Shown one piece after another: positions 10,437 through 20,350 of a DNA stretch of 64,000 bases (position 1 is the first letter of the stretch; each line of letters starts with the position of its first letter). Under the pieces are notes generated by a model that saw only the letters and a list, made by a program, of their open reading frames with translations, did no database searches and was not told the origin of the DNA. Source of the DNA: a virus; the IMG/VR virus record IMGVR_UViG_3300025598_000020; one strand, 5' to 3'. Position numbers and translations under genes: made by a program.

Positions 10437-13400
10437 TATGCAGTCGCAATCGCACGGAAGTTTTTAATTTGTGGTGTGATTGATGGATTACTTGAATACA
10501 TTACAACCTTAATTGCAAATGTATTGAAGTTGTTGTATAATGCACCAGTTGTAATATCATTATATGAAATATTCAAAGCTTGATATGTGTCTGTTGTAAA
10601 TGTGGTTGCATCTGTGTAAACAACACCAGATCCTGGAATTAGAATTGGGTTCATTAACACATATGGATTATTGTCAAAGTTGTTTGCATCATTAGAATTT
10701 AATACTTTGTAATACACTTCAATCTTAGTACCAATTTGACGGTTAACATCCAAAACAACAGTTATACCAGTTGACTGGAAGTTATTGTTCAAAGTAACTC
10801 GGCGTGTGATGTAACGTGCGGCCGCAGTACCATTACCAAAACCACCCAATGATTCGGAAACTGTATTGGCAGAATAATATGGTTTGATGGTATTTTGAAC
10901 AAGGATAGTGTTCAAACGATCCAAGTCAATAACTGGAGATGTCCATCTATCACTATTTGTAACAGTTGGTTCAACAATCAAGTCGCCAGCAGTACTGTGT
11001 GTTTGTCTTGCTGAGAAATTGTAGTTTTGATGTGGTACAACTTTTACAGCAGAAGACAGTGTATTAGCAGATAAATTAGTTGTTTTAACTGCATAACTGA
11101 TTGAATCTATACCATTAAATGATAGGTCATTATTCATCAGTTGCAACAAATCAAAGTTTGCGGTTGTTGGTGCAGAGTTAGCAGTTACATCAAATGTCAC
11201 AGTTCCACCAGCAAAATCACAAATCTTCAAGTTAAAACACAATGTCTCAGACGGTGCAGGTATCCATGTAGAAGCATTTTGTGACTTGAATAGAGAAGCT
11301 GCATAATTCAATTGCGATAATGTAGCATTTTGGCCATAAATTGTTTGACCAACTTTAGATGAATACATTGTATAATTGTTGGAGTTTGTTGCAACCATCA
11401 ATGAATATTGACCTGGTGCCAAATAAATTGGATGGTCAAATGTAAATGTTGTTGAAGGTCCAATGTTATTAGTAATCGAACTTGATGAGGGAACATTGAT
11501 ATCGGCAGGATTCATGTAAACAACTGAACCAGGAATCTCATTTACAGAATCAGGATAACCATTAACTGTTGGTCTGATACGAACAGAGACTGGAATTGTA
11601 GGATCAATAGTTGCGAAATACAAATCTACTGATGATAAGAACACACCATTAGGATATTGTGCTGCATTGACATAGAAGTTTTGTGATAATGGATCGACTG
11701 CACCAGACGTGGCATTTGCTGTAGTACTGGATGTTGCGGATGCAGTTGCAGAGGCTAAGACTTTTTGAACAATAGCCGAAGAAGCTGTTAGTGTTGAAGC
11801 ATCAACACCTTGAGCAACAGCAGTTGACCAAATTTGTTCTCCAAGTGAAGCTATTGATGATGCTAATGATGATGCTCCAAAACCTGAAGCGGAAGCATTT
11901 CCTGGAGCGGTTTCACCAGTTATTGATTGTGCTGCATTTACAATAGATGTATATAATCCACCATTATCCGATACCAAAGCTCCTTGATACCCCGCAACAC
12001 CTTGAGTTTTTCCTTGACCCGAAATGATTGATTGTCCATCAATACAAATTTTGGTCACAACAGTTGTTAATGGATCGGTTGAACTACCAAATAATAAGGG
12101 TTGATAACCAGTATTTCCATCACTTCCATTATCTGCTGGAGGACCTGGATCATTTGGCACATCAACAACTTGTGGTTGTGGTTTAGCTGTCGCCTGTGGT
12201 GGTCTTGTTGATACTACTGTTGTTTGTACAGTTTGCAATGTTCCTTGTGAATAGAAAGAAGTTGTTGCATACGAATGTGATAGAGCTGGAGATATGATAC
12301 TATCAGACCACTCTACTTTCAAAGTTCCTGTTGGAAATAATAAAGCATTAGCTGAATTATTTAATGAAATTCCAAGAATACTTGCGGTGTTTTGTGCTGC
12401 CGCAGTAACTCCATTAGGAATTGTTAATGTGCCTGATGCACTACCATTAATATCTGTAACTAACTGTGAACTTTGTGTTGGTGCTTGTGCAGTCAAAATA
12501 GCTTGAACTGTATTGCTACCTGTTACAGTAACATTAGGTGTTGAAGTATAACCAGCACCAGTTTGTACTAGATTAACTGCAATAATTTGTCCACCAGATA
12601 CATTGGCTGTAAAGACAGCTGGAGATGTATTTGCACCAGTAATACTAATAATAGGTAAGTTATTACCATTAGTGTATCCTGAACCAGCGTTACTAATTGT
12701 CAGATTGTAAACTCTATCTGTAAATCCTGGTGTAACAAAACCATCTACATTTATACCATTGATATATGTGTGAATTGGTGTAAATGGTACCATACCATTA
12801 ACATTAAAAGATACTGGAACACTTCTGGCATAAGGAATAATTGCACTAGACAGAACTTGAGTTGTGGATGAAACTTGAATTGGTCCACCTTGCAACGCAG
12901 AAGTTAATCCTTGAGACTGAATTGCGTTGGTAATTCCAGTTGTATCTCTTGTGATAGAAGCTTGGTCACTGGAGTTTACAATAGTATCAGTTGGTTGACC
13001 GGTCCAGTTTAGTTGCCAATCGTTCCATTGAGAACCATTGCCTGTTCCATTAACTGCAGCCGTCCATGCAGCTTGGTCTTCTGTTGTAATATTGATATTT
13101 GGTTGTGTGGTTGTTGAATACCATACATCACTTGATGGTGAAATTGTTGCATCACCATGAAAACTATAAACATTAAATGGATTAACAGAAATAACTTCTG
13201 TAGCTACATTTTGATAAATTAGTGACGCTTCATCATAAGAGAAGGTGATTAAATTATTATTGATTGATAACTGGTTGTTTGTTTTATTGCCAGGTGAAGT
13301 TACAAAAGTACCTTGACTTTGGTTGACATAATAATTGGCAACATTAGATAAGAATGTTGGTCTTGCTAATTGACTAACAGGATCGATAGCAATTGCATAA

Positions 13401-16400
13401 TCAGGATTTTTCACATCACCAACACTTGAACCAGTGAAACCATCAACCAAGTAACCATTCTTAAACAACAAGTTCAAACCAGTTGAATCGGTTACACTAG
13501 AACCAGTAACTTGATTTTCCAATATGGACAGAGCCGTAAATTGTTCCAAATTACCAATACGTTTGTCTAACACACCAATATCACGCATGGAATATTTACG
13601 AATGATATTAGGTGTTACAACAATATCACCTTTAGAGAATGTATATGGTGCGTAATTGAGTGTAAACAGCGTCAATGTTCCAGGAACATCAGAAGGTGTT
13701 ACAGGATTTGTATAAGAACTTGTGCCAGTAATTGTTTTGAATTGACCATTAGGATACAATACAATCTTATCTGTTCTAGACAAATAATAACCATAAGTTG
13801 CTGTGATGAATTCATTAGCAAATGGTGATGGCAATTGGAATGTACTTAAACCAGTTTGGCCAACACCATCTGTTCTACGTGGTCTAAAGTCAATAACATC
13901 TCTCAGATTATATGTGGTACCATACTGTTGAGATGTGAATGATGGAATATTTGGATAAGAAACAGGATATGAATTCACATCAAAGAATCCTGTACCACCT
14001 GAATGTGTAAAATAAGTTAGAGTTACAACAACATTACCTTTTGCTGCGCCACTAATATTTGTGATTTTACCATGGTCATAGAATGTGTCTCTTTGACCAT
14101 TGTCTAATGTGTAATTTGCAATATTGTTTGAAATTTGCGACCACACAGTTACAATTGTATTTGGTGTATTGGCTACATTGGTATTTGCTGTAGACATGTA
14201 AACATGACCATCAGTAAATGAAACATATGTGTTGCTAGAATAAATTGCGGTATTAGACCATGCACCAACATAGTTGGCTGTGTTGCCTAACTCATAAACA
14301 CCAACATAATTATAAACATCAGAGTAACCAACATCAATTGCTGTGTTTAATGTATTTGCAGAAACAAGAACTGCAACATTTGCTTGTAGTGTTTTACTCT
14401 TGATTGTATCGTTTGTTACACCAACTGTTGCATAGATTGTAGCAGAACCACCAAATCCGCCACCAATATTGATTGTGGCTTGTGGTGTTGCAGCACTATT
14501 ATTGATTGTGATAGTTACGTTGGCACTGTCCATTGGAATAAATTGACCAGCAGTATAACTTCCACTTGTTGATGTTGCTACAACAGCAAAATATTGTTGA
14601 GCTTGAGATGAACTGATTGTTCCTGTACCTGGATAGAACTGTTCATTAGTACCATTTGATGTAATTGTATATGAACCGTTTGTAAAACTTGTAGCAGTAA
14701 AATATCTGCGTGTACTATAGTTTACAGAGGAAACATTTGAGATGTTTGTCTGTGGCAATGGGAAAATCAAAGATTGATATGTATTATCAACTAAGTTGGC
14801 TGATGCAACTGTATTTGCTGAGAATGTAACACTTGAATAATTGTTTGCAGAACCGGGGATAATGAATGATTGTACGTTTGAGAATGAGTTGTTGGCCAAC
14901 TTGACATCAAACATAAATGCTTTATATGCAGTGTTTGCCAAAGTGCCGCTATCATAATCAAAATCACGAATACGAGCATATCCAATTTTTGTATTTGTGT
15001 TGGCTGTGCCAAAATGCACATTGTGTAATTCTACTTGTGTACCAACTTGGAAGTTAGGTATTTCACCATTCAAATTTTTAATTGTGGTGTAATTACCATA
15101 ATATGTGTCAATTTGCTGGGCTGATAGAACATTGATATCTCTTGCTTTGCTCAATACATAATTTGTCGGTGCACGATGTTCTACTGGATAACCATTTAGA
15201 TAAACTTTACCTGCACTAATTGAAGAAAAGAATACATTAGATGTTGCATTACTTCCTGGAACACTATCAACAACTCTTAGGTTAAAAGGTTTAACAATGA
15301 AATCACCAGAAGTATCAGATACAGATTGAGCAATTGCTGCCGAAACATCAGTTAACACTGGAACATTTACAATATCTTCAACAGTACCAGCATTAATTCT
15401 AACCAATTCAATAAATTTACCATTAGTTAAGTTACCAAAAGCAATTGTTTGGTCACTTACATATGGTTGTGATGCAAGTACAAGTTGAATGCTGTAACGA
15501 TCCGCACCGGGAGCTTGATAGTTAGATGCACCAATTGCAGGATCCAACAAAGAAGGATCGGATGTAGAATCTATAATTGTTTCTTCTACTGTGTAACCAA
15601 CAACAACAGATGGATATACACTTAAAGAATTAGGAACAATAGATGATGCATATGATTCAACAAAAACTCCATTGGTGAACCAAACACCAGCATCAATACT
15701 TACTTCCATAGCCTTAACAGAAATGTTATTTGTGATAACAACTGCTGCATTAGTTACATCACTTGTTAGTGGTTTATTTACTGTAAGTGATGAAGATGAA
15801 TCAATAGAAACAACTGTGGCTAAAAAATTGATAGAAGAAATACTAATAGTATCACCAACACTAATACCAGATGTGGTCATTGATAGTGACTGTGATAGAT
15901 AAGTTCCAGTAACCGTTCTGTTGATAGTTGCTGTTGTTAGTGTAGTTGAAGTGAACTGTGGAGTAACTATAGAATTCAAAGAATTCAATGCATCAATTTT
16001 GGATGTATAGAAATTGATGGTTTCTCCAGATGCAAAAGCGGAACCGTTGGAGATATTGATTAGTTTTGTAATGATATAGTAATTTGAAGTATCAACACTA
16101 TTGACGTAACCAATAAAACCTGATGTTGCACCAACAACATATAGACCAGTCACATTATTGATAATTGTTGATGCGGATGCAACAAGCTTAGCAGTAACAA
16201 CATTTGTATCAACTGTGATGTTACCACCAGAAACTTTGGAACCATCAGCATAAACGCCTAAACCAAACTTAGAAATTTGGTCTTGTAGTATTGATTGAGA
16301 TTGTGTTAGTTCTCTTGCCTGTACCGCATATCCTGGCTTAAAAAGAATACGATAGAAATTCTTTTTAGGATCAAAATCGTCATAATATGGTGATACGTCA

Positions 16401-16414
16401 AAATCGAGTGCCAT
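10436..16414 (-). CDS. Large virion structural protein (VrlC/DUF4815-like)
   Basis: N-term SPYYDDFD..FYRILFKPG.AVQARELTQ.QSILQ; APGADR; DPLSQ.F; C-term FRAIATA. Confidence 0.85.
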   Translation of the reverse strand: MALDFDVSPYYDDFDPKKNFYRILFKPGYAVQARELTQSQSILQDQISKFGLGVYADGSKVSGGNITVDTNVVTAKLVASASTIINNVTGLYVVGATSGFIGYVNSVDTSNYYIITKLINISNGSAFASGETINFYTSKIDALNSLNSIVTPQFTSTTLTTATINRTVTGTYLSQSLSMTTSGISVGDTISISSINFLATVVSIDSSSSLTVNKPLTSDVTNAAVVITNNISVKAMEVSIDAGVWFTNGVFVESYASSIVPNSLSVYPSVVVGYTVEETIIDSTSDPSLLDPAIGASNYQAPGADRYSIQLVLASQPYVSDQTIAFGNLTNGKFIELVRINAGTVEDIVNVPVLTDVSAAIAQSVSDTSGDFIVKPFNLRVVDSVPGSNATSNVFFSSISAGKVYLNGYPVEHRAPTNYVLSKARDINVLSAQQIDTYYGNYTTIKNLNGEIPNFQVGTQVELHNVHFGTANTNTKIGYARIRDFDYDSGTLANTAYKAFMFDVKLANNSFSNVQSFIIPGSANNYSSVTFSANTVASANLVDNTYQSLIFPLPQTNISNVSSVNYSTRRYFTATSFTNGSYTITSNGTNEQFYPGTGTISSSQAQQYFAVVATSTSGSYTAGQFIPMDSANVTITINNSAATPQATINIGGGFGGSATIYATVGVTNDTIKSKTLQANVAVLVSANTLNTAIDVGYSDVYNYVGVYELGNTANYVGAWSNTAIYSSNTYVSFTDGHVYMSTANTNVANTPNTIVTVWSQISNNIANYTLDNGQRDTFYDHGKITNISGAAKGNVVVTLTYFTHSGGTGFFDVNSYPVSYPNIPSFTSQQYGTTYNLRDVIDFRPRRTDGVGQTGLSTFQLPSPFANEFITATYGYYLSRTDKIVLYPNGQFKTITGTSSYTNPVTPSDVPGTLTLFTLNYAPYTFSKGDIVVTPNIIRKYSMRDIGVLDKRIGNLEQFTALSILENQVTGSSVTDSTGLNLLFKNGYLVDGFTGSSVGDVKNPDYAIAIDPVSQLARPTFLSNVANYYVNQSQGTFVTSPGNKTNNQLSINNNLITFSYDEASLIYQNVATEVISVNPFNVYSFHGDATISPSSDVWYSTTTQPNINITTEDQAAWTAAVNGTGNGSQWNDWQLNWTGQPTDTIVNSSDQASITRDTTGITNAIQSQGLTSALQGGPIQVSSTTQVLSSAIIPYARSVPVSFNVNGMVPFTPIHTYINGINVDGFVTPGFTDRVYNLTISNAGSGYTNGNNLPIISITGANTSPAVFTANVSGGQIIAVNLVQTGAGYTSTPNVTVTGSNTVQAILTAQAPTQSSQLVTDINGSASGTLTIPNGVTAAAQNTASILGISLNNSANALLFPTGTLKVEWSDSIISPALSHSYATTSFYSQGTLQTVQTTVVSTRPPQATAKPQPQVVDVPNDPGPPADNGSDGNTGYQPLLFGSSTDPLTTVVTKICIDGQSIISGQGKTQGVAGYQGALVSDNGGLYTSIVNAAQSITGETAPGNASASGFGASSLASSIASLGEQIWSTAVAQGVDASTLTASSAIVQKVLASATASATSSTTANATSGAVDPLSQNFYVNAAQYPNGVFLSSVDLYFATIDPTIPVSVRIRPTVNGYPDSVNEIPGSVVYMNPADINVPSSSSITNNIGPSTTFTFDHPIYLAPGQYSLMVATNSNNYTMYSSKVGQTIYGQNATLSQLNYAASLFKSQNASTWIPAPSETLCFNLKICDFAGGTVTFDVTANSAPTTANFDLLQLMNNDLSFNGIDSISYAVKTTNLSANTLSSAVKVVPHQNYNFSARQTHSTAGDLIVEPTVTNSDRWTSPVIDLDRLNTILVQNTIKPYYSANTVSESLGGFGNGTAAARYITRRVTLNNNFQSTGITVVLDVNRQIGTKIEVYYKVLNSNDANNFDNNPYVLMNPILIPGSGVVYTDATTFTTDTYQALNISYNDITTGALYNNFNTFAIKVVMYSSNPSITPQIKNFRAIATA

Positions 16415-16423
16415 TTTTTTCCT

Positions 16424-17791
16424 TTAGTAACCTAATACAATCTTAAATTGTTCTATTCCGTCTGTACTTCTCTGGATACCACTTCTATTTTCAATGAATG
16501 ACATATAACCAGAGAATAATGTATAATTTGGAACACTATACGATAATAATGTTCTTGTTGTTCCAGAAGTTTGTCCAAATATTGGTGAGTTAATCACTGG
16601 AGTACCGTTTGTATTTATGAGTTTTACCACATTGTTTCCAACATCGTAACTCAATATGGTTGCAGTAAATGTAGCTGCAGCCAAACTGGTACCTTGATAG
16701 ATGATTTCATCACTTAGATATGTACCAAAACCTGGAGCGACCACAAAATTAGTTGTAGAAGAATAAATTGTTCCGTTTGCAGGTATAGGTGAATATTGAG
16801 ATGTGGTTGGGTTAACTATAATACCCAACTGATGATATGTAATATCTGTTGGAATATAACCACCTTCTGAACCATTAAAGTCAACAGTGACCATAATGTT
16901 TGAACAACCCAATTCAGAAATTGGATCAAATGAATGACCACCAACTGGTGAAGCAAAAGCAACAGCTGCAGCATTAGAACCAGAAGCAGAAGTAATACTT
17001 ACATTTGCATAAGAATAATTGGTACCTGTGTTTGCAACTAGAATGTCGGTGATTACACCACCAGAAACTACTGCTGTTCCAGATGCACCTACACCATCAC
17101 CTGTAACAGTTACAGCAATGGTTGCATTAGCTGGATCATATCCAGTACCACCATTTGTAACATTGATTACTTCAATATCACCATAACCAGCAGAAGTAAG
17201 TAGGGGATTTGGTGTGTTTGCGCCTACTGGAACTGGAATCCATGTTGTGTCCATAAACTTAACTTTAAGTCCTGAACTAATGGTATACATGTATTTCCAT
17301 TTGTATCCATCTACACTCTGAAAAATATTATCTGTGCCATATGTTCCAGGTTGGAAAAAAGGCATTTGTGTTGAACCTGCACCATTATTGTTCCATAGAC
17401 ACTTAAACACTTGGTCATAAGCATTTTTCACATAGAACTGATAGATTGGCAATCCAGATATTGAATCTTTTTTGAACATATCAATACCGTCTTGATAATA
17501 ATCATAAACAGTATTTGCGGTCCAATCAATACGAGAAATTACAGGACACAAATCATTTGATGTGACTTTTTTGGCCACAAATATGTTTTTAAATACAGAT
17601 TTGATGTATTGTTGGTCTTGTGTTGGAATTGGTGGTGTTGAATCATTTGGCCATGGGTTCACTCTTGATAAGAAAACATAAGAGGTTCCCAATGGAACAT
17701 TAGTTCCTGGTATAACAGCGGAAGGCGAATAGTACAGCTGTTCTATGTTGCTGATTGCTGCGCCGTAAGTAAGAATGTTTTGATTTGCCAT
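16424..17791 (-). CDS. Baseplate wedge subunit gp8-like
   Basis: FYV..Y.VFKCL.N and DGYKWKYMYTI motifs; C-term ENR..IQRS..E.FKIVL. Confidence 0.85.
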   Translation of the reverse strand: MANQNILTYGAAISNIEQLYYSPSAVIPGTNVPLGTSYVFLSRVNPWPNDSTPPIPTQDQQYIKSVFKNIFVAKKVTSNDLCPVISRIDWTANTVYDYYQDGIDMFKKDSISGLPIYQFYVKNAYDQVFKCLWNNNGAGSTQMPFFQPGTYGTDNIFQSVDGYKWKYMYTISSGLKVKFMDTTWIPVPVGANTPNPLLTSAGYGDIEVINVTNGGTGYDPANATIAVTVTGDGVGASGTAVVSGGVITDILVANTGTNYSYANVSITSASGSNAAAVAFASPVGGHSFDPISELGCSNIMVTVDFNGSEGGYIPTDITYHQLGIIVNPTTSQYSPIPANGTIYSSTTNFVVAPGFGTYLSDEIIYQGTSLAAATFTATILSYDVGNNVVKLINTNGTPVINSPIFGQTSGTTRTLLSYSVPNYTLFSGYMSFIENRSGIQRSTDGIEQFKIVLGY

Positions 17792-17805
17792 GATGTATTT
17801 ATCTC

Positions 17806-20343
17806 TTAATTACCAACTCTTAACAATGCCCAATTCAACACAATTGCATCTGATGCATCTTGTGGTGCTCCTGCACCATTATTGTAAACAAAAATATCAA
17901 AACTACCAACACGAACCGCACCTACTGTAACAGTATATAATCCAGCGGTAACAGGATTTTGTATTGCAATAATAGGTATATCATAAACGTGTTGCACATA
18001 ACTATTATTAACTGTAAATGTAACTCCAGTTTGGTGATTCAATTTAGCATTGTTCATGGTAATTTGACCAGAAATACCGTTTGCGGTCACCGCAGTAGAT
18101 TTGCTGGACAACTGAGTTACCATTGAGTTTGCAGTGTATGAACTCATTACAAAGGTGTTTGCAACAACAGTATTTGCAGTTGTTGTATTTGAACTAATTG
18201 CAAACAATGAAGTATTAATAGAGGCGGATTGTGTTCTTACATTAGTACCAGTTTGTGTGGTATTAAATGTGATTGTAGAACCTTTGCTGGAATCAGTATA
18301 GTTTTCTGCAGCCAAATAATCAATTGTTGCACCACCAGATAAAGCAAACGTATTACTATAACCGTTGCCACCCCAACGCATCAATATATCACCAGATTGA
18401 ACAGCTGTTGGGTTTGCAGAATTACCGCGAGCTGCACGACCTGCAAGTAAAGGATATGCATTAGCATTACCTAAACTGTAGTTATCAATAATCATTCGTG
18501 TTGCATAACCACCATCAAGTCCACTAATTTGCAACATTGTACCAGCTGCGGTAGTTTGTTGTGCAATAGCATTATTTGAACCATCAATTCTTACACCAGA
18601 TGTTGTTGATGGAAAATTAGAATTTTGTATTGTGACTGTACCGTTCATGGTCAATGTCTGTGCCGGTACATTAATTGTAAACACAGTATTGGCATTCAAA
18701 TTATTTGTTATTGAAACTGAACCATTGAATTGTGTATTTCCATTGAATATTGATTGTCCGTTTGCAGTCAAAGTACCAACACTTACAACATTACCTGTGG
18801 TTGTTAAGTTACCATTATTAATTGTATTGCCATTGTTTGTGGTTGCACCATTATTGATAAAGTTACCATTAAATGTTACTGGTCCTGTTGCAGTCAAATT
18901 GCCTGTGGTCACCACATTACCAGTAGTTGTCATTGCACCATACGTTACAATGTTACTATTAAATGCCGTATTTGCACCATTAATAGTTAGATTACCACTA
19001 ACAGATAAATTTCCTGCAACAACAACAGAACCATTAGTTACATTACCTGTACCTGGGATCAAATTGATGTTGCCGCCAGTTCCACCGATTGCTGAACTGC
19101 TACCTGATGTGATGGTAATTGTACCTCCTGGATAACCACCAACATCAGAACCAGCAGTTAAATTCAAATTCTTATTATTGTTACTGCCATTAGATGTTAA
19201 AATTGTACCATTGCCAGATACAAAATCTACTTGATTTGAAATGAGAACATAATTTGCAGACACATTTCCAGTAATTGTTAATGAACCAGATAGTGTTCCT
19301 GTTGTATTTGCAAGAGCATTGTTTGCAGTTATGAAGGCAGCATTGGCTTGTGCAAACGCAGCAGTAATACTTGTATTTTGTGTAAGTTGTATACCTGCCA
19401 AATTAGCGGCCAAATTGGCGGTATTGGAAGCTGCGGTATTAGCTGCCGTAAATGCTGAATTGGCATATGCGCCAGCAGAATTGGCTGTTGTGAAAGCTGA
19501 ATTGGCTTGTGTGAATGATGATGCAATACTTGTATTTTGTGTTGCATTAATTGCTGTTTGTTGTGAATTAATTGTATTAGCTGCCGTAAATGCTGAATTG
19601 GCATATGCGCCAGCAGAATTCGCAGCAGTAAAAGATGCATTGGCTTGTGCAAACGCAGCAGTAATACTTGTATTTTGTGTTGCATTAATTGCTGTTTGTT
19701 GTGAATTAATTGTATTAGCAAAAGCAAATGCAGCTTGTGAGTATGCATATGTGGCCGCATTGGTTGTTTGTACTGTACCATCAGCAAAAGTCAAATAAGA
19801 TTGTGTATTCAACACCAATCCATTTGCAGTCATTTTTGCAGAAATATTGTTTGCATATTGTCCACCAACAGCAAATACTAGATTAGTACCTGGATTTGCA
19901 GTACCAATTACTAAATTACCTGTTGCATTTGAGGCTGGACCATCAACAATCAAATAACCATCTAATGCAAATTGTGAGGTTTGACCATATAAAACCGGAT
20001 TCCATTGTGAGTTATTGATACCAAGGTCAATAAAACCACTAGTATCTGTACCCACATCAGTGGTAATAACCATATCACCTGCACCAGTGTTACTGAAGTT
20101 TTGCAAATTAACTTGAATGTAATTTGTATCAGTACCAGAAAATTGTGCAACTGTGTTTGTTAATAGAATTGGATTTATACCAACTACAAGAGCATTGTTT
20201 GAATACAGACCTGCAGCTAATGTGGTTGCAGTAAACTTACCTGTTGTATCAGAAGGCACATCAACACCAACAAACAGCGTATTGGCTGTGTTTGAATTTA
20301 GTTGTGTCAGTGTGGGTAACTGTGAAATTTTTATCGTACTCAT
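17806..20343 (-). CDS. Tail fibre/spike protein
   Basis: MSTIKISQLP N-terminus, YANSAF repeats, beta-helix-like TGN repeats. Confidence 0.7.
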   Translation of the reverse strand: MSTIKISQLPTLTQLNSNTANTLFVGVDVPSDTTGKFTATTLAAGLYSNNALVVGINPILLTNTVAQFSGTDTNYIQVNLQNFSNTGAGDMVITTDVGTDTSGFIDLGINNSQWNPVLYGQTSQFALDGYLIVDGPASNATGNLVIGTANPGTNLVFAVGGQYANNISAKMTANGLVLNTQSYLTFADGTVQTTNAATYAYSQAAFAFANTINSQQTAINATQNTSITAAFAQANASFTAANSAGAYANSAFTAANTINSQQTAINATQNTSIASSFTQANSAFTTANSAGAYANSAFTAANTAASNTANLAANLAGIQLTQNTSITAAFAQANAAFITANNALANTTGTLSGSLTITGNVSANYVLISNQVDFVSGNGTILTSNGSNNNKNLNLTAGSDVGGYPGGTITITSGSSSAIGGTGGNINLIPGTGNVTNGSVVVAGNLSVSGNLTINGANTAFNSNIVTYGAMTTTGNVVTTGNLTATGPVTFNGNFINNGATTNNGNTINNGNLTTTGNVVSVGTLTANGQSIFNGNTQFNGSVSITNNLNANTVFTINVPAQTLTMNGTVTIQNSNFPSTTSGVRIDGSNNAIAQQTTAAGTMLQISGLDGGYATRMIIDNYSLGNANAYPLLAGRAARGNSANPTAVQSGDILMRWGGNGYSNTFALSGGATIDYLAAENYTDSSKGSTITFNTTQTGTNVRTQSASINTSLFAISSNTTTANTVVANTFVMSSYTANSMVTQLSSKSTAVTANGISGQITMNNAKLNHQTGVTFTVNNSYVQHVYDIPIIAIQNPVTAGLYTVTVGAVRVGSFDIFVYNNGAGAPQDASDAIVLNWALLRVGN

Positions 20344-20350
20344 TTTTGTC

